Origin: an uncultured Deferribacteres bacterium
GTDB lineage: Bacteria > Zhuqueibacterota > Zhuqueibacteria > Zhuqueibacterales > Geothermadaptataceae
DNA: 37,165 nt
Direction: 5' to 3'
NCBI GenBank assembly: GCA_964014485.1
Contig: CAXHAT010000067.1
Coordinates: 1 to 37,165, forward strand
Shown: positions 26,916 through 35,704 of the stretch, piece after piece
Layout of the letters: each line of letters begins with the position of its first letter
Numbering within the stretch: position 1 is the stretch's first letter
The notes under the pieces: model-generated
Told to the model about the DNA's origin: nothing
The model's database searches: none
The model's input: only the letters and a program-made list of their open reading frames with translations
Translations under genes and position numbers: made by a program

Positions 26916-28772
26916 TTAGCCTCTGGCCAATCTTTTTCGTGCGCCAATCGCGCGAATAGGTCGCGCATAATCGATCAGTTGAACGCACATTTCATAACGG
27001 AAAAAGGGCGTGATGAGATAGATTCCGTTAAAATACTGCATCACTTCTTCCTGCAATTCGAGCGCGATACGAACCCCCTCCTGTCGTGCGCGCTCGCCTT
27101 CATATTTTGCCATCCGCGCTCGCACCTCGTCTGAAATGGTGATGCCCGGCACCTCGTGGTGGAGAAACTCAGCGTTACGTGCGCTGGCGAGAGGCATAAT
27201 ACCAACAAAAAACGGTTGGTCAAAGTTCTTTGCGATTTCGGCGAGTTGTTTCGCCTGTTCAACGTCGTAGATTGGCTGCGTCATGACGTAATCCGCGCCA
27301 AGCTTCACCTTCTTCTCCAAACGACGCACCTGAGTTTCGATGCGTTTAACGTTTGGATTAAACGCGACGCCGATCACAAACTGCGTTCCGTCGCCCATGG
27401 CGCGCCCGGAAAATGCAACGCCGTTATTCAACTGCTTCGTCATACGAACCAGGTTAAAGCTGTTGAGATCGTACACGGAAGTTGCGCCCGGCTGGTCGCC
27501 TACTTTTGCGGGATCGCCGGTGATTGCCAACAGATGGTGCATTCCCAAAGCATTAAGGCCCATCAATTCCGCTTGAATTCCAATGAGATTCCGATCCCTG
27601 CAGGAAAGATGGATGATTGGCAACAGCCCCGTTTCCTGATAGACGATGTGCCCCAGCGCCATATTGCTCATTCGGGTGACGCCGAGCGATGAATCGGCCA
27701 TGGTAATCGCATCCGCGCCAGCCGCCTTCAGTGCAGCGGCGCCTTCGATGACTTTTCGAAAATTCAAGTCTCGTGGCGGGTCAAGTTCAACAATAAACGC
27801 CGGGCGCTCTTTCACGATTTGCAGCAACCCCGGGCGGCGGTCGCGCGGCGTTCCGGTCGGAGCGATTTCAAGCTTATGACGCACCGTGTGTTTTTGCCGA
27901 ATCGGCTCCAGGCCTTCCAGAACGTTACGCATTGCCGAAACGTGTGCAGGCGTCGTTCCGCAGCATCCTCCAATAAGACGCACGCCCTGTTCGCGCAAAC
28001 GAAGCGCGCTGTCGGCGAAGTATTCGGGCGTTGAGAGATAAATGTACCGCCCGTCCACATAGCTCGGCATCCCGGCGTTCGGATACGCGGAAAGGATGAG
28101 ATCATCGGTAAGCGGCACTTGCTCCAGAGCGTGAAGAATCCCCGCCGGACCTTTGGCGCAATTCACGCCGACAGCGTGAGCACCTTGCTTTCGCAATCGC
28201 GAAAGAATAGAAACGATGTGTTGACCGTCGCGCGTGTAACCGTCTTCATCAACAGAGATTTGCGCGAATATTGGCAGCTCCGTCACTTCGAGCGCAGCGC
28301 CGAGCGCAATCTCAATCTCCGCCGCCTTTGAAAAAGTTTCAAGCATGATCCCGTCAGGGCCCGCCGAATCTAACGCGGCGATTTGCTGGGCAAAAACATC
28401 GGCCAGTTCGTCATCGGAAATTTCATCGATTTCCCCTGAAGTCGCCGGCCCGACTGAAGCGAGCACATACGCTTCATCATTCGCCGCAGCGCGCGCATGC
28501 TGCACGCCAAGCACGTTTATTTCCTCACATTTGGCCTCTAATTCAAACCTTCCCAGCTTCCTGCGGTTCGCCGTAAAAGTATTGGTTTCAATGGCTTGCG
28601 CCCCGGCGTCGACGTATTCGCGCAAAATCTGCTGAATCATCGCCGGGCGGCTCAAATTCAATTCTTCAAAACAATGTGACGTCGGGATGCCGCGCGAGTA
28701 AATCATCGTGCCCATGGCGCCGTCGCCGACGAGAATGTTGTCTTTCAAATACTCCAAAATTGGCGTTTTCAT
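26916..28772 (-). CDS. yitJ: Bifunctional homocysteine S-methyltransferase / 5,10-methylenetetrahydrofolate reductase
   Basis: DGAMGT, ETNTF, GVNC, PNAG, GGCCGTTP, then VELDPP, CRDRN, TGDP, TQP, HHEVPG. Start at ATG 28772. Confidence 0.93.
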   Translation of the reverse strand: MKTPILEYLKDNILVGDGAMGTMIYSRGIPTSHCFEELNLSRPAMIQQILREYVDAGAQAIETNTFTANRRKLGRFELEAKCEEINVLGVQHARAAANDEAYVLASVGPATSGEIDEISDDELADVFAQQIAALDSAGPDGIMLETFSKAAEIEIALGAALEVTELPIFAQISVDEDGYTRDGQHIVSILSRLRKQGAHAVGVNCAKGPAGILHALEQVPLTDDLILSAYPNAGMPSYVDGRYIYLSTPEYFADSALRLREQGVRLIGGCCGTTPAHVSAMRNVLEGLEPIRQKHTVRHKLEIAPTGTPRDRRPGLLQIVKERPAFIVELDPPRDLNFRKVIEGAAALKAAGADAITMADSSLGVTRMSNMALGHIVYQETGLLPIIHLSCRDRNLIGIQAELMGLNALGMHHLLAITGDPAKVGDQPGATSVYDLNSFNLVRMTKQLNNGVAFSGRAMGDGTQFVIGVAFNPNVKRIETQVRRLEKKVKLGADYVMTQPIYDVEQAKQLAEIAKNFDQPFFVGIMPLASARNAEFLHHEVPGITISDEVRARMAKYEGERARQEGVRIALELQEEVMQYFNGIYLITPFFRYEMCVQLIDYARPIRAIGARKRLARG

Positions 28773-28773
28773 C

Positions 28774-29679
28774 TCATTCCTCGAGTTGAAGTTCCGCTTC
28801 AAAAACGTGGCGGCAATATCCTGCAACTTCCGCGTTTCCTGATGCATTTACAGTCACATAAATCCTGCTGGGTCTGCCCGAAAAATCGCCTTGATCGATG
28901 ACGAACCGGGAATCACCTTCCTCTTCTCCGAAACCGTGGCTGGCGAGAAATGCGCCCAAACTCCCGGCCGCGCTGGCAGTCGCCGAATCTTCAAACAACA
29001 AGTGTCCGCTAAAAAATCGCGCTTGCGCAATGCTTCCTTCACGCAGCGTTTCCCGAATCGTGAACGCGTAAGCCATGGTGCAGCCGTAATCTTCGCAAAC
29101 TTGGCGCAACGGGCTGACGTCCAGACCGAGATCGCCCAACACTTGCAAGCTCTTGACGGGCACCATCATCGACGCTACGCCACAAGAAACGACTTGGGGA
29201 CGTCCAAAATCCAGGTCAAGATCGTCAACTTCGCAACACAGGCCTTTAGCCAGACTCTCAAGATCATCAATTTCGTCAAGAAACTTTGGCGGTTCGTGGG
29301 CTATGGAAATTTTGCCGATCCGGCCACCTTCGCTAAAAATATCAACCGGAAAAATCTTCGACGAAATTTCGTGTGCGACGCGCGTCACGTCTCCGCTCAA
29401 CCGGGTCACGCCTTGCCGCGCCAAGACATAATGCGCGCCGATGGCCGGCTGTCCGGCCACGGATAATTCCGAAACCGGGTTAAAAACTCTCAATTTAAAT
29501 TGTGCGTCATCCGATTCAGCCGGAAAAACGAACGCCGTTTTGGGCAAATTCAGCTCAAAAGCAATCGCTTCCATTTCTTCAGCCGTCAAGCCTTGCGCCT
29601 GGGGAAAAACCGCCAAAGGCTTGCCGCCGAACCTGCTTTCCGCGAACACGTCAACCTGAAAAAACTTATACGTTCGCAT
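28774..29679 (-). CDS. PhzF-family isomerase-like protein (degenerate active site)
   Basis: QVDVFA, GKPLAV, NLPKTAF, RVFNPVSELSVAGQP, EDSATASAAG, QG...GRPS. Start at ATG 29679. Confidence 0.85.
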   Translation of the reverse strand: MRTYKFFQVDVFAESRFGGKPLAVFPQAQGLTAEEMEAIAFELNLPKTAFVFPAESDDAQFKLRVFNPVSELSVAGQPAIGAHYVLARQGVTRLSGDVTRVAHEISSKIFPVDIFSEGGRIGKISIAHEPPKFLDEIDDLESLAKGLCCEVDDLDLDFGRPQVVSCGVASMMVPVKSLQVLGDLGLDVSPLRQVCEDYGCTMAYAFTIRETLREGSIAQARFFSGHLLFEDSATASAAGSLGAFLASHGFGEEEGDSRFVIDQGDFSGRPSRIYVTVNASGNAEVAGYCRHVFEAELQLEE

Positions 29680-30382
29680 GTTGCTCTCCCATCCAATCTC
29701 CAACCTTATTTACTACGCTGCGAGGGATCTCATGCCCGCCGGGAAACAAGTGTTTCTCAACAAAAAAACCGTTTTCTTTGAGTATGTCTTCAGCTTCTTC
29801 AGCCTTGTGCAAAGGAACCAACGCGTCTTCCAAACCATGCGTCAGCAAAACAGGAAATTTTTTCACTGTTCTCAATTTCGGCCTGACGTCGGGGGGCAAA
29901 TCAGCGCCGCAAGCTATCAACCCCTTCGGCGTGATTTTGCCGGAAACCGCCAGCCGATACGCCATTGAAACGCCCTGACTAAAACCCAGAAGAAAAATAT
30001 TCTCGAAAGAAGCGCCGCACTCATTTTCAACGGCAGAAATTGTTTTGGTCATATAATTGACGAAATCTTCGACGGAACGGTCTCGCTCATACTTCGTCAG
30101 CCAGGTAAATCCAACGATTTTAGGCGCAGTTTTCACATAAAATTGGTGCGGCGCCTGCGGAGCGGCCACAACAATGTTCCTACCCGTCATCGGCTGGAAA
30201 ACGCGAATAAATTTCTCGCAGCTTTGGCCAAAACCATGCAAGGCCAACAGCAGCGACGGCGCTTGCTCCGATTCATTCGTTCTTTGAATCGCCAAGTCCA
30301 CCGTCAAGTCGATTTTAAACGACTTTTTGATAAAACGCCGTGGTTGTTGCAAGACTTCGTTTCCGTTCATATGACTGCTCAT
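29666..30382 (-). CDS. Alpha/beta hydrolase (phospholipase/carboxylesterase family)
   Basis: LHGFG, GFSQG nucleophile elbow, HGLED, GGH. Start is 30382 or 30370. Confidence 0.9.
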   Translation of the reverse strand: MSSHMNGNEVLQQPRRFIKKSFKIDLTVDLAIQRTNESEQAPSLLLALHGFGQSCEKFIRVFQPMTGRNIVVAAPQAPHQFYVKTAPKIVGFTWLTKYERDRSVEDFVNYMTKTISAVENECGASFENIFLLGFSQGVSMAYRLAVSGKITPKGLIACGADLPPDVRPKLRTVKKFPVLLTHGLEDALVPLHKAEEAEDILKENGFFVEKHLFPGGHEIPRSVVNKVGDWMGEQHANV

Positions 30383-30485
30383 CCCTCGATTCTGCGGAAT
30401 TGCAAAAATCAACTTATTCGGAGGCTTGCCAAATACGCCCGAATGCTAAACGGCCGCAGGAATTGTGATCTAATAACAGGCGGAG

Positions 30486-30514
30486 AGCTTACTAAAAGTT
30501 CGATGGGAATTCAA
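30486..30514 (-). promoter_or_regulatory. Putative internal promoter for esterase-phzF-yitJ-VWA-CYTH
   Basis: Minus strand reads TTGAAT, 17 nt, TAAGCT, immediately after the sbcC stop. Confidence 0.4.
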
Positions 30515-30515
30515 G

Positions 30516-32915
30516 TTAAATCATTGTCGCGCGACTCTCGAACATTGATGTCATGGAAACGTCGATCAGGATGGGCAGCGACTCCTTGATCGACTCGATG
30601 TGCGAAATGATAAAGATTTGTCGAAACTGGGATTGCAGCGTTTGCAAAGCCTGCATAATTAACGCTTGGCGCTGCCGATCTTGCGAGCCGAAAATTTCAT
30701 CCAGCACAATAAAACGAATCGGTGGTTTCCCGCTGCGTTCGCCTACGACGCGGCTTATCGCGATTCTGAGACACAGATTCGCTAAATCCTGCTCACCTCC
30801 GGAAAAGCGGCGCAAAGGAAACGCTTCGCCGTGCTCGGACAACAGAATATTGTACGCTTCATCGAGTTCTAAGGCCTGGTAACGATTGCGCGTCGTCAGG
30901 CGCAGAAGTCGGCTCGCTTCCGCTTCAATTAACGGTCGCAGCCTGCCTGCGAGCTCAATCCGAAATCTGCCAAAATGCTGCGCCAACTCTTCGTAGAATT
31001 TCCTTGTTGCTTCCAGCTCTTTCGCTTTCTTGCGGTGCGCTTCAATCCGCAGCAATTCTTGGTGTGCATTTTCCAATTGCGTCCGCGAGGCGACCAACGC
31101 CTTTTCCGCCTCCAGCAGCGTCTCCCGCACCTGATTCACACGTTTCTGGCTGCGTTCATAACTCTCCCTTGCCTGCGTGAATTCATCAGAATCGTAGCCC
31201 AATTCGGCCAATTCGTTTGTGCGCTCATTCAAAGTCTTTTGCAAAACGTCAAGGCGGTCTGTAAGAACGGCTTCGCGCCTTTGCATCTCTGCTTTGCGCT
31301 CAACTTGAGCTGCGATCTGCGCTGCGTGATCCTGAATTCTTTTATGTTCGTCAAACTCGCGCAAAGTTTGCCGATAAGCTTCCGGATCGAAAGTCACCTC
31401 CCCAATCAAAGTGATTTCTTCCTGGATTTCGCTGCGCTTTTTGACGTGCTGTTCGCGACGCTTCTGACATTGCTCTAACTCCAGCCGTTTCTGGCGCACC
31501 ACAGCGACCGCTTCCGCCGTGTCTTCGCGCTCTTTTTCAAGCTCATCGCGCGCATGTCGATTATTCTCCAACTTGATCAAGACGTCTTGCTCTTTTGCCT
31601 GCAATTCTCGGTATTCAGCGAGGAGCGAGTCGATGCGATTTTCGTAATGGCCGACGACTTCATCAAAATGGTCAATCAGTGTTCTGCGGCAAACCGGACA
31701 CTCTCCCTCGGCGCCAGTCTCTTCAATGCTCGTTTTTAATTGCCGCGCTTCTTGCCCCCGGCTTTTGACGGCGCCAAGTTTTTTCAGAATTTCGCGTTGT
31801 TCTTCCTGCAAACGATTTTCTTCCTGCCGCAACGTTTTCTTGCGCGCCAAAATGTTATCGAACGCAAATTCCGGATTGGGGCCGCGCGTAATTTCACGCT
31901 GTAATCTCAGCAATATTTCCTGTTCCGCCGCAATCTGCCCGTTTTGGTAGGTCAGCTCTTCCTTGCTCTTGCTGAGCCGCTCCGCCTGCAAACGCGAGCG
32001 CTCTATTTTTTCCTTTTCTTCAACAATTTCGAAGTACCGTGTGCGGTGCGCCTCAAGGGAATCTAACTGTTGCTCGCTCTTTTTGATTTTCGTCAGCTCG
32101 GCCAGGGTTTGCTTGAGCTCTTGCGAAACATTTTCACTTTCGGCTTCATCTTTCCTTTGCTCCGCCTGAAGCTGAAGAAAACGATCCCGCGTCCGGCTGA
32201 TCGTTTCAAAAAGGCCATTGTTTTTCTCGAGCTCGGCAAAGGCCGCATCGAAGCTTTTCTTCGCGACGGCAACGGCCTTCTCCTCTTGCTCGGTACTCTC
32301 CGAAAACTTTTTGATGTTATTCTCGATACGCGAAACGTCGCCGGTAATGTTTGGCAAGCTGTTCAAATCGTTTTTCGCCGCCGTCCGAAGCTCCAGCGCC
32401 TTGCGTCGCGCCAGGTCAATCGCATCAATATTAATCAGCCTGTTGATCGCCGCTTTTCGCTCCTCCGGGCGCATGTCGGCAATCGCGGACAAATCTTTTT
32501 GGCGAGCGAAAACGCTGGCGAAGAATGATCGATAGTCCAGGCCAACCAGCCGCTCGGTCGCTTCGTTGACTTTGTTTTCTCCATCGGCCAACTTCGTTTC
32601 GCTAAAATCAAAAAGCGCCGCTTCCGATGCAGCGTTTTTTCCTTTCAAAGCTCTGTGAATGCGATACTCTTTGCCGGAAACTTCAAAAACGACGCGCGCC
32701 TCGCAAATCTCGCTGTTGAGGGCGTGATGCGAACGCACTTCGGTTTTGGCGCCGCGAACGGCCCGCGTGCCGTAAAAAGCCCACGCCAACGCTTCTATGA
32801 CGGTCGATTTACCGGCGCCGTTCGGCCCGACAAGGCCGTGAAGGTTTTCGGAGAATTCCAGAGACAATTCACGGAAACGCCGGAAATTTTTCAGTTCAAG
32901 CTGTTTGAGAATCAT
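30516..32915 (-). CDS. sbcC: SbcC/Rad50-like SMC-family ATPase
   Basis: Walker A GPNGAGKST, Q-loop FARQ, coiled coils with a CPVC zinc hook, signature FSGGE, Walker B IVLDE, H-loop IISH. Confidence 0.92.
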   Translation of the reverse strand: MILKQLELKNFRRFRELSLEFSENLHGLVGPNGAGKSTVIEALAWAFYGTRAVRGAKTEVRSHHALNSEICEARVVFEVSGKEYRIHRALKGKNAASEAALFDFSETKLADGENKVNEATERLVGLDYRSFFASVFARQKDLSAIADMRPEERKAAINRLINIDAIDLARRKALELRTAAKNDLNSLPNITGDVSRIENNIKKFSESTEQEEKAVAVAKKSFDAAFAELEKNNGLFETISRTRDRFLQLQAEQRKDEAESENVSQELKQTLAELTKIKKSEQQLDSLEAHRTRYFEIVEEKEKIERSRLQAERLSKSKEELTYQNGQIAAEQEILLRLQREITRGPNPEFAFDNILARKKTLRQEENRLQEEQREILKKLGAVKSRGQEARQLKTSIEETGAEGECPVCRRTLIDHFDEVVGHYENRIDSLLAEYRELQAKEQDVLIKLENNRHARDELEKEREDTAEAVAVVRQKRLELEQCQKRREQHVKKRSEIQEEITLIGEVTFDPEAYRQTLREFDEHKRIQDHAAQIAAQVERKAEMQRREAVLTDRLDVLQKTLNERTNELAELGYDSDEFTQARESYERSQKRVNQVRETLLEAEKALVASRTQLENAHQELLRIEAHRKKAKELEATRKFYEELAQHFGRFRIELAGRLRPLIEAEASRLLRLTTRNRYQALELDEAYNILLSEHGEAFPLRRFSGGEQDLANLCLRIAISRVVGERSGKPPIRFIVLDEIFGSQDRQRQALIMQALQTLQSQFRQIFIISHIESIKESLPILIDVSMTSMFESRATMI

Positions 32916-34047
32916 AGCCGATTTGCGCTTCCGCTTGCCTCAAAAGTTCGTGTCCCGCTTCCAAAAACCGCTCGCCGCGATCGGGGTCTTCCTCGGCGTT
33001 TTCTATGTAACGATCAAATTCGACTGCGAGCGCGTCAATGTTTGCTTGCTGCTTCAGAGCGCTTGTCGCACCGGCCGCTTCGAACGCCTTTTCGACATAA
33101 ACGGCGTCCTTGAAAATTTCATCGATTGTCGAAGCGTCCAGTTCAAGCAGCGTTTTCCGAGAAACGCCGTTCAATTCCACCCTGACCAACATTTCCTCTA
33201 CATTGACGGGCGTTTCATTTTCGAGCTTCTCGTAGATTTCGTTCGCTGAAAAACCGGCGCAATCGAACGGGCCAAGCCGCATCATTCTTCTGCACGGCGT
33301 CGCGACAAATTCTGTTGATTTTTCGCCGAGATCGACTAGAACAAACCCGGTTGGAAAGTCAGCTTCTTCAAAATTTGTTCTTTCCAAAGCGCCGCTATAG
33401 AAAACGCTTTCCGAGATTCGCTCGTGTTTCGGTGAGTGGCCGAGAGCGACATAGTCAAACGCAGCATTTTTCGAAATTGCCGCTTCGTCGATAACTCGCT
33501 CGTTAAACTCTCCAACGCGCCCAATGGTTTTTCCCTCAGCGCTCCGCCAGACGCCGTGCGCCAATAAAACGTGGAATCTGAGTCCGGCGTCTTGAGAAAT
33601 TGCAGTGCTTGCTTTCTCAAAAGCGCTCTGGGTTGCACAATGCGGCAAGCAATAAACGGCGCAATCGCCAAAGTCAAAACGTTCATATTTTTCATCGCAA
33701 GCGGCGGAAACATGCTTCAGCGCTTTGGTCGATTCCAAAATATGCGCAGCATTTCCTATTCGCGGCGTTGATCGATTCCCGGCAATAAGCGCGACGGGAA
33801 TTCCGGCTTCGCCAAGCTTCTGAATTCCGCTCAGCGCTTCTGAAATGGCGCGATTGTTTGGTCGCGGCGAATGAAAAAGATTGCCTGCGTGGACAACAAA
33901 GTCCGGCTTTAGCTTAACAATGCCTTCAATCGTATTCCGCCAGGCACGATAAAAATCCTGTTCGCGCAAGTTGACGCCGCTTTCCGGGTCAATCATCTCC
34001 AGATCGCTAAAGCCAAGGCGCGTATCGCTCAAATGTACAAATCGCAT
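32896..34047 (-). CDS. sbcD: SbcD/Mre11-like metallophosphoesterase-fold protein, predicted nuclease-deficient
   Basis: HLSDTRLG, HAGNLFH, IAGNRS, LAHG, YVALGHSP, YSGALER. Overlaps the sbcC start by 20 nt. Confidence 0.88.
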   Translation of the reverse strand: MRFVHLSDTRLGFSDLEMIDPESGVNLREQDFYRAWRNTIEGIVKLKPDFVVHAGNLFHSPRPNNRAISEALSGIQKLGEAGIPVALIAGNRSTPRIGNAAHILESTKALKHVSAACDEKYERFDFGDCAVYCLPHCATQSAFEKASTAISQDAGLRFHVLLAHGVWRSAEGKTIGRVGEFNERVIDEAAISKNAAFDYVALGHSPKHERISESVFYSGALERTNFEEADFPTGFVLVDLGEKSTEFVATPCRRMMRLGPFDCAGFSANEIYEKLENETPVNVEEMLVRVELNGVSRKTLLELDASTIDEIFKDAVYVEKAFEAAGATSALKQQANIDALAVEFDRYIENAEEDPDRGERFLEAGHELLRQAEAQIGYDSQTA

Positions 34048-34065
34048 TCTTCTCGATTCTTTCCT

Positions 34066-35508
34066 TTACTTCCGCCCTTTTCCTTGAATCGCTCGCCCCG
34101 GCTTGACGCCTTCGACCAACGCACCGTTTTCAACAACGAGCACGCCGTTGACAAGCACAAAAGGAAGGCCTTTGGAAGCCAGCGTGGGCTCAGCGTAAGT
34201 TGCCTGATCGATGATTTCGTCAGCATCAAAAACGGCAATGTCCGCGTCTGCTCCGGCCCGAATGCGGCCCTTGTTGCGCATCATCGGAACGTAATTTTCG
34301 AGACGCTTCGCCGGTTGAATCGTCATTTTCGCCAAGGCGTCCGTCAGTTTCAGCGCGCCAAGTTCACGGACGTATTTGCCGAGCACTTTTGAATATGTCC
34401 CGGAGGTTCGCGGGTGCCCCTTGCCGTCGACGATAAAGCCGTCGCTGGCAATCATCACCAGCGGGTTTTCAATCGCCGTGCGCGTCATTTCTTCGGTGCG
34501 GCTGTGAATGATCACGTTGCCGCCGGATTCGCGATATCGGGCAAAACTTTCGCGCGTCAACCACTCGCCGGTGAGCGGCCATTGGTGTTTTTCGATGCGT
34601 TCGTCGTCCCAACTTTGCCAATCATCGAAAAGGGCTGATTGGATCGAGGTCATTCCGGCCTCGTAAGGATAGGCTTCCGTCGTCACGTCCTGCCCGCCGT
34701 CTCGCGCTTCCTGAATAATAGCCAAGAAGCGTCCGGTCTCCGCGCCGCCGCTGGAATTGGCGTGCACGACATGCAACGCCGCACCGGCTTTTTTCGCCGT
34801 TGCAATCGCTTCCCGTAATCCGCTCAGGCCTGATTTTACGTGAATAAAAGCCGGAGCGCCGTGATCCGCCGCAACGCGCATCATGGTTTCAAATTCGTCC
34901 GGCGAGGCCGACGGCGTGTAGGCCATGCCGAAACCAACGCCTACTGAACCGTCTTCCAGGCCTTTCTCTAGCAAAGCTTTCATTTCAGCAACTTGCGAAT
35001 CTGACGCAACTTCGGAACCCGCCGGGCCGCTGGGCAAAAACAATCCTTCGTCGCCCATGACCTTCATTCTCACCGGAATATGGCCAACGCTCGCGCCGTA
35101 ATTCAGCAGTTTCCCGTCTTCTCTTTCAGCGTACCACGCCGCAATGTCACCCGCGCCGACCTCCAATTCCAGCGCCGAAGTGACGCCATCCCGCACCATA
35201 AGCTCAAACGCCTGGTCGGTCTGTCCATGAGCGTGTAAATCGATGAATCCCGGCGCGACGACCAAACCGGCGACGTCAATTATGCGCTCGCCTTCGAGCG
35301 TTTCTTCGCTGACGGCGATGATTTTGCCGTCTCGTATCCCGACATTCCGCACAGCGTCCAGACCAGAATCCGGATCGATCACTCTGCCGCCGCTGAGAAC
35401 AATGTCGAATCCTGAAGTTTCGCCGCCGGGCGATGTGCAGCCTGCCATCAAAAATGCAATGAACAACAAGCCGCCAAACCGAGTCAGACTATTTTTCAAA
35501 ATTCTCAC
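34066..35508 (-). CDS. Amidohydrolase family protein (N-acyl-D-amino-acid deacylase-like), probable lipoprotein
   Basis: APGFIDLHAH, IASDG, HPRTSGTY, KMT..PA, GADADIAVFD. Lipobox-like MAGC. GTG start after a GGAG RBS. Confidence 0.88.
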   Translation of the reverse strand: MRILKNSLTRFGGLLFIAFLMAGCTSPGGETSGFDIVLSGGRVIDPDSGLDAVRNVGIRDGKIIAVSEETLEGERIIDVAGLVVAPGFIDLHAHGQTDQAFELMVRDGVTSALELEVGAGDIAAWYAEREDGKLLNYGASVGHIPVRMKVMGDEGLFLPSGPAGSEVASDSQVAEMKALLEKGLEDGSVGVGFGMAYTPSASPDEFETMMRVAADHGAPAFIHVKSGLSGLREAIATAKKAGAALHVVHANSSGGAETGRFLAIIQEARDGGQDVTTEAYPYEAGMTSIQSALFDDWQSWDDERIEKHQWPLTGEWLTRESFARYRESGGNVIIHSRTEEMTRTAIENPLVMIASDGFIVDGKGHPRTSGTYSKVLGKYVRELGALKLTDALAKMTIQPAKRLENYVPMMRNKGRIRAGADADIAVFDADEIIDQATYAEPTLASKGLPFVLVNGVLVVENGALVEGVKPGRAIQGKGRK

Positions 35509-35704
35509 TCTTCTCCACCTCTGATTTTTAGGGAATGCTCGTCAAGCTCGAGCCGTTTTTTAACAAAATCGCCGTACGGCAAAAGGAGTGCAAAGCTTGC
35601 TTTGCCTTGAGTTCAGCGCCAGGTCATAAATCGCAAGGCAAGCCATCCACTCCTTTGCTATATTTGCACAAGCTCGTGCGCAAAAACCATTGTTTTTAAA
35701 CTGA

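Noticed and set aside
30383..30485. Possible SAM riboswitch in the leader of the yitJ-containing unit (CTGCGG/CCGCAG stem)
   Set aside because: No recognisable SAM-I or SAM-II core, and only a short stem. An Infernal/Rfam search would be needed.
28774..34047. Alternative genetic code or RNA editing as the cause of the missing catalytic residues
   Set aside because: His, Asp and Glu motifs decode normally in neighbouring genes, and several substitutions need two base changes (CGA or CCG versus His codons).
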